From NCBI RefSeq assembly GCF_036321535.1, contig NC_087472.1, forward strand, positions 102,860,001 through 102,924,000: DNA of 64,000 bases. The letters run 5' to 3'. Positions 25,574 through 37,718 of the stretch are shown here, one piece after another (the first letter of the stretch is position 1; each line of letters opens with the position of its first letter). A model generated the notes under the pieces. That model saw only the letters and a program-made list of their open reading frames with translations, made no database searches and had not been told where the DNA came from. Made by a program: the position numbers and the translations under genes. The DNA is from Camelus dromedarius. Lineage: Eukaryota.

Positions 25574-26479
25574 AGAAACCAAGTCAACTTATTTGATACT
25601 TCCAACACAGGAAGTGAAAGAAAATAACCAAATTTAGAGGTCAATGTTTTGAATGCTGCCTTTGCTCCTCTCTCTTGTCTTTCTTATATGTAAGACCTCT
25701 CAGTGCGAAGATACAACTTTGTGTTTTCAACAGTCTCTTCCATGAAGGTAATTCTTAAGATAACATTCCCCCCTTCAGAAATTCCTAAAACAATTAAGAA
25801 TGTAATGAATCTAGCCACACAGATCTTCTCTAAGTAGGCTCTTCTGCTGCCCTATAATTTTTCAAATATGCTGCTTGAAATGCCCTAAATCCCCTTCATA
25901 CTCCAGAATACCACTCCTATAAAACCTTCCTGGAGTCCCCTATGCAGAATTGTCCTAAAGCATCATCACCATTACCACCACCATCATCACTGTTGACATC
26001 TATTGAGTATTACTCAATGCTAGAACTACATCTTAATTCTCTATTTGATTCTTACAACCACACAAGGAGGTAGGTAATATTATTGCACCCATTTTACAGA
26101 TGAGGAGTCAGAAGCACAGAGAGGTTAAAGCCACATATCTGGAAGGGAATGGGGCTAGGATTCAAACTCCAGATTTTGAAAGACTATGCTATGAAACAGC
26201 AGGCCCTGTTCTTGTGTTTGTCTAGACATCTCTTCTTAAGAAGTGAATGACTTGCAATTAAGTCTGATCAATACCCAACAGGTCTGGTGGGAGAAAGAGT
26301 GAGAGGGAAAGGCTCTCTGCTTCTGCCACTGATAAAGTTCATTCTTGCAGGTTTCTGGGTACCCTCTTGTCTTCCACTCCCTTTATTTTCCTCTTTTATT
26401 GGTCTCTTCACCTTTCTATTCCTTAATTCCCTGATATGTAAAGTGGAAAACTAGAATTGTTGTTATAAGGGTCTACAGA

Positions 26480-26910
26480 AATTCTGAGTACTCAGCCCGG
26501 GATGACAGCCTCCCAGATGGCTCTGAGGGACTGCTCCTAAGAGGTAGGGGAGAAGCTAGGATATATAGGAGTTTTTACAACAAAGACCAGGTAGTTGGAA
26601 CATTAAAAGGTTACTTGTTAACTGAAGAAAACCAGGCATCTCAAGTTAAAGAATTTATTGCTTTTCTATATATGGGAGGAAGCAAACGTTTGGGCTCATT
26701 GAATTCATTCCTTTGACAAGCATCTAGCTATTTAGGGCCAGTATCCTGTCCTTTCTTATTCTGAGTCCCCTCAGTGGGCACCATTGTGAATGGCTGCAGA
26801 GGCTGGGCTGCAGGCTTGTCTTCACTGGGGGGTGGTGGCAGCTGCTGATGACTTGATGGCTTCGGCATTCTTTGTTTACTGATAATGGCTTGCAGTATTT
26901 TTCATTGACA
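26480..26910 (-). mobile_element. ERV1 LTR, MER41-like (artiodactyl type), 3'-truncated
   Basis: Minus strand begins TGTCAATGAAAAATACTGCAAGCC...CAGTAAACAAAGAATG and contains CAGGATACTGGCCCTA and CTCCTATATATCCT; the poly(A) signal and U5 end appear to be missing. Confidence 0.65.
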
Positions 26911-27534
26911 GTAGTAATAGTGCGACTTTTAGTATGGTTTCCCTCATATATGAGACAGGAGACCTTAGGCAAGATTCACAACCTCCATGTATTTCTATTT
27001 TATCATTTATAAGATAGGAATAATAATCTGTAACCCACAAGGTAGTTGTGAGAATAAAATGACACATAGCAATGCTCAGTAAACACTAGTTCCCTTTCCC
27101 AAGATCACTGTCAAATTTTGTGCTTGATATTCACAGTCAGCTCCATTATAGTCTCTTGAACCAAATTTGTATAAAATTAACTAATTACCATCTTCTATGG
27201 GAAGACGTGATTTTTCTCTACAAGTATACTGCCTTTATGTGATTATATAAGATATATAGTAAAAATTATATGTCATTATCACTATACTTATTTTTGGACA
27301 CACAAATCAAATGCTTTGATAAGGAAGCTGATGTGTGCTTCTGACTGGGAGAAGTAAATCTTATTAGCAAGTAGGAGAAATTCTGTTCTAATTTATGATA
27401 TGATGAGAAGGGTTGTTAGAGTTCTAATAAGGCATAGAATGGTAAAGGGATTGTTAATTGAATGTAACCCCTGGGTAATTTATGACTATGAGGGACTAAA
27501 ATAGTAGGAAAAATGGATTTTTAAACTGCTGTAT

Positions 27535-27690
27535 CATTTATTCACACATCTACTCACTCATCCATGTACTTCTTCATCTACCCATCCATCTATTATTCAT
27601 CCATTCTCCATCCATGCAGCCATCTTTCTACCCATCCATTAATTTATTATCCAGCCATTCATTCACCCATCCATTCCACTGATCCACCCA
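27535..27690. repeat. Degenerate (TCCA/TTCA)n simple repeat (similar tract at 9208-9285)
   Basis: Directly visible; probably derived from L2 tails. Confidence 0.7.
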
Positions 27691-28397
27691 AAGGAGTAAC
27701 ATTGCAGTGCATTTAAACACATATAAGGAATGGTCCTTACCATATGGGGCTTTCCATTTAATAGAGGAGAAAAGAAAATAAGAGGAAATACATGACAAAT
27801 GCTCGGGAGAGTTGTGTAATAAGTCTACAGATTTCCGAAGCATGAGAAATCACATCTGACAGAAGAGAAAGACAAACTTCTTCAATGGAAGAGACAGAAT
27901 TTACTTTGGATTTTGAAGATTCTTGAAGAATTGGTAGGATATCATTAAACAGAAGGGAGAGTGCATTTTGGGGAAAGAGGTTGGTAGAGAGGGTAAGTCG
28001 GAACTCTGGGAATGGTGAATATTTTGTTTTAGCAAGATGATTGTGATGGAAGTTTAAACCTAAAAGGTATGTTGGGGGCAGGTATCATGAAAGGTCTGCC
28101 ATAATGATCTGGGAAATTTGGTATTTTCTTGGTAGGCATGTGAAGACATTGAGATCAGCTGAAATTGAAATCCCTATTTCATCCACATCTTTAGGGCCAT
28201 GTTGAGAGTTTATCTCAGCAGGGAAAAAATGACCTTTGGGAATATCCACAAGCATTTAGCAGAAAGACTCAGTTTCTGAACGCATTCTCAGCAAAATTAA
28301 GTGGTTTTGCCATGTTCCAATTCAACTTAGCTATGCCCCATGAAACTGAGAAGTTTCCTATAAATTGCATTTTAGAAGCTATTAAAAAGTGTCAAGT

Positions 28398-30062
28398 GAG
28401 GACGGAGAAGATGGCGGAGTAGAAGGACGCTCGCAGGTCACCCTCTCCCACAAATACACCAAGACCCACATCTACAGACCCACTCAGTCAACCAGAGCAC
28501 CTGTGGAACTCCGACAGAACATCGCCCTCTTCAAAAGATACAGAAGCCAAAAATCTGGCAGGAGAAAAGGAAAAAAGAAAGAACAAAAGGCAAAGCAGCG
28601 CGGGACGGGTCCCGCGGGGAGGGAGCGGCAAAGGAGGACTGGCGCTCGCTGGCTGGGTCTCCCCTCTCCAACTGAGAGGCCAGCGGTACGGAGGGGGAGC
28701 CTCCGAGGCTCAGATCTGTACAGAGCAGCCCTTGACTAACAGAACTAAGTTAAACGGGCACAGAGCGTCCCCCCGACACCCAGCCTGAGACGCCGGCCGG
28801 CAGCCGCGGGCAGGGCCAGGCTGCACAAGCCGGGCGGAGGACGGAAGTGGCTGCACGGAGGCAGCCCCGGGGGAACGCAAGGGGCTGCGCGCCGTGGCTG
28901 TGGGTGCACAGGGCAGAACAACCTGGGCCCTCCATAAAACAGCAAGGTTGAGGTGCTCTCGGGGGAAGGGTGCACACCCCCATCTCTGAAAACCCGCGGA
29001 AAGTTTTCGGGGGAAGAGAGGCGGGGCTCAGGCACAGCCTCCATATCCTCCGGCGCTGAGCACCCAGGCGGGGGCGGGGGCGAAACCTGCATCCGCACCT
29101 AAGGGCTTAGCAGCCTCAAAGGCCAGACTGAGACTGGCCTGCAGCCCGGGGCAGATAGGATCCTTCCATCCTGGTCCCTCAGAGAACTTGCTCCACAAAG
29201 ACAAACAAGGAGCTGGGTTTTGGCTCCGAGCAGGGACAGGGCTGTCCCTCGGTCTTCCCCGAGCCCACCCGCGGAGCGCCGACCAGGGCGGAGCGCCCAG
29301 CCGCACAGAGCAGCGGAGCTACAGGCGGCGGCGCAGGTAGAGCGAGAGCGGCCCCCTGCATTTCGGGCAGGAACACAGCCCCTGACCGAGGTGCTGGGAG
29401 GGGGCACGACCCGCCCTCCTACCCGGCCAGTCTGCAACATCTGACTGTGGCATCCGGAGGGGCAGCGACCCGCCCGCCCACAGCAGAGAGCTGCACCTGA
29501 CCCAGTGTTAGGAGGAGGCGCGATCGGCTTGCCGACAGGTGCTGGGAGCAGCACAGAAGAGGGCGCCAACGGAGGGCCTCTGAAAACAGCAAGCTGAGCT
29601 TCCAAAACAGGACGAAGACAGAAAGACTTCACATTATAAGCACACAGACTCCAGGAGAACACCGACAAACCCCCCCCCCCTTTTTTTTTTTAAATGTTTT
29701 TACCTGTTCTATTTTCTATTACTCTCTTAATCTTTACTTCTTAATTCATTTCTATTTCTCTTGGGTTTTGATGTCCTGCTATTGATTAGACACAGGTTTC
29801 AAATACATCTATTCATCTCCCCCCCACTTTTTTTGTAAAGGTTTCAAAAGGACGTCTCAACCCGATTAATACTCTGCTTCAACTCACTCTTCTATTATTC
29901 ATTATACACTGTTTTCAAACCCTCTTTCTCCCTTCTTTTAAAATTCTCTATTTTTTTTTCTTTTTTTCCTAAGTTCTATTCCTAAATAGGCATCAGATAG
30001 ATAAAATCCTTAAGGACCAAAATAAACAACTGATACTCCATAAACCACAGTGCCAAAGAGGT
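28398..30062 (+). promoter_or_regulatory. L1 5' UTR / internal promoter with CpG island (~28400-29600)
   Basis: GC-rich with many intact CpGs in a CpG-poor background; YY1-type motif at the 5' end; pyrimidine-rich tract at 29670-29990. Confidence 0.85.
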
Positions 30063-30966
30063 ATGAGCAAGATGAAGAAGCAGAAAAACCTTTCCCAATT
30101 AAAAGAACAAGAGAAATCCCCTGAAAGAAAGATCAACAAAATAGACATCGATAGCCTACTAGATCAAGATTTCAAAAAAGGAGTGATCGAATTGCTGAAG
30201 GAATTAAAAGAGATAGTGTTTAGAGATATAAAATATGTCAAAAATGAAATTGAAGCTATAAAGAAGAGCCAAGTAGAATGGGTAAACTCATTGACAGAGA
30301 TGAGGAATGATCTAATAGCTGTGCAAAGCCGACTAGATAATGCAGAGGAACGAATTAGTGATCTAGAAGACAGGGTAATAGAAAGCACCCATTCAGAAGA
30401 ACTACAAAAGAAGCAAATAAAAAATAATGAAAATAGCATAAAGGACCTATGGGATAATATAAAGCGTCCCAATCTTCGCATAATAGGGGTCCCAGAAGGA
30501 GAAGAAAGATCAAAGGGGATTGAAAAGGTTTTTGAAGAAATCATGACTGAAAACTTCCCAAACTTAAAGAAGGAATCAGATATCCAAGTACAGGAAGCTC
30601 AGAGGGTCCCAAACAGGAAGAACCCAAATAGACCCACACCAAGACATATCATAATCAAGATGGCCAGAGTCAAGGATAAAGAAATGATTCTAAAGGCAGC
30701 AAGAGAAAAGCAAAGAGTAAGTTACAAGGGAACCCCCATAAGGCTCTCAGCTGATTTCTCTACACAAACACTACAGGCCAGAAGGGAGTGGCAAGATATA
30801 TTCAAAGCCCTGAATGAAAAAAAGATGCAGCCTAGGATCCTTTATCCAGCAAGGCTATCCTTGAGGATAGAAGGAGAAATAAAGAGTTTCACAGACAAAA
30901 AAAAAGCTGCAGGAGTTTAGCAACACTAAACCCATGCTAAAAGAAATATTGAAAGGGCTATTCTAA
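30063..30966 (+). pseudogene. L1 ORF1p (RNA-binding chaperone) with a +1 frameshift near the C-terminus
   Basis: Coiled coil followed by KRPNLRIIGVPEGEE and ARREW...YPARLS motifs. A9 run at 30897-30905; removing one A restores ...DKKKLQEFSNTKPMLKEILKGLF* ending at TAA 30964-30966. Confidence 0.92.
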
Positions 30967-31370
30967 ATAGAAAAGCAGCAGGATGCTACAGAAATGAGAA
31001 ACACACAACTGGAAAGGTGATAACTCATGAATTACAAATAAAGTAAACATGAAATTATAAAAGAAGACATACAAATCACTGAGAGTGGGAGAGGGAAGCA
31101 GGGAAATATAGAATATTATTTTCTTTCTTTTTAAAATTTTTTTAACAGTAGGATGGGTTTGAGATCATGTTACTATCAGTTTAATAAAAACAGTTATAGT
31201 AATGGGTTGATAGATTTACAAAAAAGGGTAACCACAAGCCAAAAATTTACAAAGGAGTCACAAAAATTAAATAAAATCCATGATAATACAAAGGAAAATT
31301 ACCAAACCACAAAAGGAAGAAGAAAGGAACAAAGAGGATATACCAATTCAACTGCAAAGATAAGTTCAAA

Positions 31371-34300
31371 ATGGCAATAAACACACATCTATCATTAATT
31401 ACTGTAAATGTTAATGGACTAAATGCTCCAGTCAAAAGACACAGAGTGGCAGACTGGATAATAAAGCAAGAACCTTCAATATGCTGCATACAAGAGACCC
31501 ACTTTAGGGAGAAGGACACATATAGATTGAGAGTGAAAGGATGGAAAAGGATATTCCATGCAAATGGAAAAGCCAAAAAAGCAGGTGTTGCAGTACTGAT
31601 TTCAGACAAAATAGACTTTAAAACAAAGGCCATAAAGAAAGATAAAGAAGGACATTTTATAATGATTAAAGGAGTGATACAAGATGAGGATATTACACTC
31701 GTTAATATATATGCACCCAACATAGGAGCACCTAAGTACATACAAGAATTACTAACAGAGATAAAGGGGGATATTGATGGGAATACAATCATAGTTGGAG
31801 ATTTTAACACTGCATTAACATCACTAGACAGATCTTCCAGACAGAAAATAAACAAGGCAACAGAGAAATTAAATACTACAATAGAAAAACTAGATTTGGT
31901 GGATATTTTCAGAGCATTACACCCCCCAAAAATAGGATATACATTCTTTTCAAGTGCACATGGAACATTTTCCAGGATCGATCATATACTTGGGCACAAA
32001 AGAAACCTCAACAATTTTAAGAAGATAGAAATTATCTCAAGCATCTTTACTGACCACAATGCCATGAAACTGGAAATCAACAACAGAGAAACAAAGGAGA
32101 AAAAAAGGAAAGCATGGAGATTAAACAATATGTTATTGAAAAAACAATGGATCAACGAGGAAATCAAAGCTGAAATTAAAAAATACCTTGAGACAAATGA
32201 TAATGAAAGCACAACCACTCAAAACCTATGGGACACAGCAAAGGCAGTGCTAAGAGGGAAGTTTATAGCGATACAGGCCTTCCTCAAAAAAGAAGAACAA
32301 TCTCAAATAAGCAATTTAACCCACCACCTGAACGAATTAGAAAAAGAAGAACAAAAAGCCCCAAAAAGCAGCAGAAGGAAGGAAATAATAAAGATCAGAG
32401 AGGAATTAAATACAATAGAGATTAACAAGACCATAGAAAAAATCAACCAAACCAAAAGCTGGTTTTTTGAAAAAGTAAACAAAATCGACAAACCTCTGGC
32501 CAAACTCACAAAGAAGAAAAAAGAGAGAGCACAAATTAGCAAAATAAGAAAGGAAAATGGAGAAATTACAACAAACAAAATAGAAATACAGAATATCATA
32601 CGAGAATATTATGAAAAACTATATGGAACCAAACTGGATAACCTAGAGGAGATGGACAAGTTTCTGGAAACATACTGTCCACCAAAACTGAATCAAGAAG
32701 AATCTGAACACTTGAACAATCCCATCACTAGAAAGGAAATAGAAATAGCAATTAAAAACCTCCCTACAAATAAAAGTCCAAGACCAGACGGCTTCACCGG
32801 GGAATTCTACCAAACATACAAAGAAGAACTCATACCAGTCCTTCTCAAACTCTTCCAGACGATTGAAAAGGAGGGAATACTCCCAAACTCATTCTATGAA
32901 GCCACCATCACCTTGAAACCAAAACCAGGCAAAGACACTACAAAAAAAGAGAATTATAGGCCAATATCACTGATGAACATAGACGCCAAAATCCTCACCA
33001 AAATTTTAGCAAATAGAATCCAACAACACATAAAAAAGATTATACATCATGACCAAGTGGGGTTCATCCCAGGGACACAAGGCTGGTTCAACATACGCAA
33101 ATCAATCAGTGTAATACATCACATCAACAAGAGAAAGGACAAAAACCACATGATCATCTCAATCGATGCAGAAAAAGCATTTGATAAAATTCAACACCCA
33201 TTTATGATAAAAACTCTCGCCAAAGTGGGTATAGAGGGAACATATCTCAACATAATAAAAGCTATATATGACAAACCTACAGCCAGCATAGTACTCAACG
33301 GTGAAAAACTCAAAAGCTTCCCACTAAAATCTGGGACAAGACAAGGATGCCCACTATCACCACTCCTATTCAACATAGTCCTGGAAGTCCTAGCCACAGC
33401 AGTCAGGCAAGAGAAAGAAATAAAAGGGATCCAAATTGGAAAACAAGAGGTAAAAGTGTGATTATATGCTGATGACATGTTACTATATATAGAAAACCCT
33501 AAAAGGTCCACACAAAAGCTACTAGAGCTGATTGAAGAATTCAGCAAGGTAGCAGGTTACAAAATTAACGTTCAAAAATCAGTTGCATTTCTTTACACTA
33601 ACGATAAATCAACAGAAGAAGAAAGTAAAGAAACAATCCCCTTTAAAATAGCACCCAAAGTAATCAAATATCTGGGAATAAATCTAACCAAGGAGGTGAA
33701 AGAATTATACACAGAAAACTATAAACCATTGATGAAGGAAATTAAAGAAGACTTTAAAAAATGGAAAGATATTCCATGCTCTTGGATTGGAAGAATCAAT
33801 ATTGTTAAAATGGTCACACTGCCCAAGGCAATCTACAGATTTAATGCAATCCCTATCCAATTACCCAGGACATATTTCACAGAACTAGAACAAATCATAA
33901 TAAAATTCATATGGAACCATCAAAGACCCAGAATTGCCAAAGCATTACTGAAGAGAAAGAAAGAGGCTGGAGGAATAACTCTCCCAGACTTCAGACAATA
34001 CTATAGAGCTACAGTCATCAAGACAGCATGGTATTGGTACCAAAACAGACATATAGACCAATGGAACAGAATAGAGAGCCCAGAAATGAACCCACAAACT
34101 TTTGGTCAACTCATCTTTGACAAAGGAGGCAAGAATATACATTGGAATAAAGACAGTCTCTTCAGCAAATGGTGTTGAGAAAACTGGACAGCAGCATGTA
34201 AAACAATGAAGCTAGAACACTCCCTTACACCATATACAAAAATCAACTCAAAATGGATTAAAGACTTAAACATAAGACAAGATACAATAAACCTCCTAGA

Positions 34301-35167
34301 GGAAAACATAGGCAAAACATTATCTGACATACATTTCAAAAATTTTCTCCTAGAAGAAATAAAAGCAAGAATAAACAAATGGGACCTCATGAAACTTACA
34401 AGCTTCTGCACAGCAAAGGAAACCAGAAATAAAACAAGAAGAAAACCTACGGAATGGGAGAAAATTTTTGCAAGTGAAACCGACAAAGGCTTGATCTCCA
34501 GAATATATAAGCAGCTCATACGACTCAATAAAAAAAAAATAAACAACCCAATCCAAAAATGGGCAGAAGACCTAAACAAGCAATTCTCCAAGGAAGACAT
34601 ACAAATGATCAAAAAGCACATGAAAAAATGCTCAATATCACTAATTCTCAGAGAAATGCAAATCAAAACTACAATGAGGTATCACCTCACACCAGTCAGA
34701 ATGGCCGTCATTAAAAATCCACAAATGACAAATGCTGGAGAGGCTGTGGAGAAAGGGGAACCCTCCTACACTGCTGGTGGGAATGCAGTTTGGTGCAGCC
34801 ACTATGGAAAACAGTGTGGAGATTCCTCAAAAGACTAGGAATAGACTTACCATATGACCCAGGAATCCCACTCCTGGGCTTGTATCCAGAAGGAAATCTA
34901 CTTCAGGATGACACCTGCACCCCAATGTTCATAGCAGCACTATTTACAATAGCCAAAACATGGAAACAGCCTAAATGTCCATCAACAGGTGACTGGATAA
35001 AGAAGAGGTGGTATATTTATACGATGGAATACTACTCAGCCATAAAAACCGACAACATAATGCCATTTGCAGCAACATGGATGCTCCTGGAGAATGTCAT
35101 TCTAAGTGAAGTAAGCCAGAAAGAGAAAGAAAAATACCATATGAGATCGCTCATATGCGGAATCTAA
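31371..35167 (+). pseudogene. L1 ORF2p (APE endonuclease, reverse transcriptase, Cys-rich domain), disrupted
   Basis: NVNGLN, GDFN, TDH, QGCPLSP, YADD and CWRGC...HCWWEC motifs. In-frame TGA at 33459-33461 and 34176-34178; -1 frameshift in the A5 run at 34713-34717. Confidence 0.95.
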
Positions 35168-35824
35168 AAAACAAAAACAAAAACAGACAAACAAACAAAA
35201 ACAAAGCTTAAATAAAGGACAGAAATAGACTCACAGACAGAGAATACAGACTTGTGGTTACCAGGGGGGTGGAGGGTGGGAAGGGATAGACTGGGATTTC
35301 AAAATTGTAGAATAGACTACACTGTATAGCACAGGGAAATATGCACAAAATGTTATGATAACTCACAGAGAAAAAAATGTGACAATGAGTGTGTATATGT
35401 CCATGAATAACTGAAAAATTGTGCTGAACACTGGAATTTGACACAACATTGTAAAATGATTATAAATCAATAAAAAATGTTAAAAAAAAGTGTCAAGTAA
35501 TAATTTCTAAGGGGAAAAAAATAAGAGAATTATAAAGCAAGTCACTAAAATTGGCTATTCATCATTAATTTCCCTTTCCTAATGGAAATGACTGCTTACA
35601 TCTTTGCTGAATTCCACTTTGGGCAACAATATTTTTTATGCTAATCTGAGAGATCATCTTTCAAGCAAAATATATGTAAGATGGTCTTAGTTTAGGCCTT
35701 AACTGTGGTTCAAATATGTCTAATGAATTTATATCTCTAAACCGATTACATCCTTGGTTGAAGGAAAAAGAAGTTGCTTTATCACATAGGGAAGAGTTAG
35801 AAATGATCTTTTTTTCCCTTTACT

Positions 35825-36622
35825 TTTTTTTTATTAGTATTACTGAAGTACAGTCAATTTACAATGTTGTGTTAATTTCTGGTGTACAGCACAGTGATTC
35901 AGTTATACATTCCTTTTCATATTCTCTGTCATTATAGGTCATTACAAGGTATTGAATATAGTTCCCTGTGCTATACAGTAGGACCTTGCTGTTTATCTCT
36001 TTTATATATAGTAATTTGTATCTATGAATCCTGAGCTCCCTTAACCCTCCTCCTATTTCCTCCCTGGTAACTACAAGTTTGTTTTCTATATCTGTGAGTC
36101 TGCATCTGTTTTGTAAATAAGTTCATTTGTGTCCTTTTTTAGATTCCACGTGTAAGTAATATCATACGGTATTTTCTTTCTCTTTCTGGCTTACTTTACT
36201 TAGTATGACAATCTTCGGGTCCATCTATGTTGCTGCAAATGGCATTATTTCATTATTTTTATATCTCACGACTTCTTTATCCAGTTATCTGTTGATGGAC
36301 ATTTAGGTTGTTTCCACGTCTTGGCTATTGTAAATAGTGATGCTATGAACATTGGGGTGCATGTGTCTTTTCAAATTAGAGTTTCCTCCAGATATATGCC
36401 CAGGAGTGGGATTGCTGGATCATAGGGTAACTCTATTTGCAGTTTTTAAAGGAATCTCTATACTGTTCTCCATAGTGGCTGTACCAATTTACATTCCCAC
36501 CAGCAGTGTAGGAGGGTTCCCTTTGCTACACATTCTCTCCAGCATTTATTGTTTGTGGACCTTTTAATGATGGCCATTCTGACTGGTATGAGGTGAGACC
36601 TCATTGTAATTTTGATTTGCAC
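35825..36622 (-). mobile_element. L1 3' fragment
   Basis: T-rich start, TACAATGTTGTGTTAATTTCTGGTGTACAGC...GATGGCCATTCTGACTGGTATGAGG. Confidence 0.9.
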
Positions 36623-37254
36623 AAAATGATCTTTTGAATATAGGTCCCTGGCCCTATGTACTCATGTGAACTCTCTGGAGAGATCAGATAACAATAAAAA
36701 CTTGGGCACTCATTTGCATGAGAAATTCTTAATGTGCAGGTCTGGGCTGCATTGTACTATAGCTGTGCTGAAGACTGTGAATGAAGGCTACAGGGAACAC
36801 AGTGTCACTTGGGTAACTCAAGGGTTCACAGTTCTGGGGCACCTAGGACATCAGCACTCTCCCAGAGTGGGGCTGGCTGTAGCAGTGAGCAGCACCAAGT
36901 AGCAGATATTCTTGAGGTACACAAGGGGAAGATGAGAAGAGTTCTCATGAGCCACCAGAGAGGGATTTTGCAAAACCTGTGAAATCTGGACTTTTCTTTT
37001 TAATCTGACCATTTTAGTAACCATAGGCTGAAGAAACTTGGGTTAATATTGAATGAAAACAGTACCACGTTTAATATGCATCAATATGTCATATGCCTTT
37101 GCAGGTAACAATTACAGAAATCTATGAATGGCTTTTAATTATCTGGATGGAAAACAGAAAAATCTAGATAAAATAAATGTAACCAGTTGTGCAGTGTTGT
37201 AGAATTCTAGTGTCCTAATTGAGGCATTATATAGCTTTTTCACCTTATGCAAAT

Positions 37255-37718
37255 TTTGCATGGATGATTAAATCATTGGTGCTAATTCTTCATTTCATCC
37301 TCAATCCAAAACCTTTGGCAGGGCCTCATTGTGGGCAGAGAGTATTTCCCTGTCCTTTGATTTGGGGCTTGGCCATGTAACTTACTTTGGCCAATGACAT
37401 TTGGGTAGAAATAACAGTGTTTCAGTTCCAAGTCTAGACCTTAAAAGGCCTTGTGCACATCCACTTGCTCTTTTGTGCCTCCACCATTACCATGAGAAAA
37501 ATCTACTCTATTGGTCCACTGGTACAAGGAAGATTAGAGTCATCCAGAGCAAACCCAAGGACCTAAAATGTGAAACAGAACTGCCCTAGGCATAAAAACC
37601 TAGATCATCCAAACCCCAAATCAGCATGTGCCCAGAGGTGTACTGGCTAAATATATGCTTGTTGTAAGCAGCTAAGAGTCTGTAGTTGTTTGTTATGCAG
37701 CAATAGCTGATAGATACA
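37255..37718 (+). mobile_element. MaLR LTR (MLT1H/I-like)
   Basis: TTTGGGGCTTGGCCATGTAACTTACTTTGGCCAATG; ends GTTTGTTATGCAGCAATAGCTGATAGATACA. Confidence 0.75.

Larger units (their letters stand above)
28398..35484 (+). mobile_element. Full-length young LINE-1 (~7.1 kb), inactivated
   Basis: Perfect TSD AAAAAGTGTCAAGT at 28384-28397 and 35485-35498, at a TT/AAAA endonuclease site. YY1-type AAGATGGCGG at 28408-28417, CpG-rich 5' UTR, ORF1, ORF2, AATAAA at 35469-35474 and a short A tail. Confidence 0.97.

Noticed and set aside
28389..29668. Several 65-189 aa ORFs on both strands of the L1 5' UTR (ORF0-like candidates)
   Set aside because: The longest begin at GTG/TTG, and long open frames are expected in GC-rich, stop-poor DNA; I see no similarity to primate ORF0.
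30164..34666. Hydrophobic minus-strand ORFs within the L1
   Set aside because: Typical antisense artefacts of A-rich L1 coding sequence.
35264..35285. G-quadruplex-capable tract in the L1 3' UTR
   Set aside because: Well-known general feature of mammalian L1 3' UTRs.
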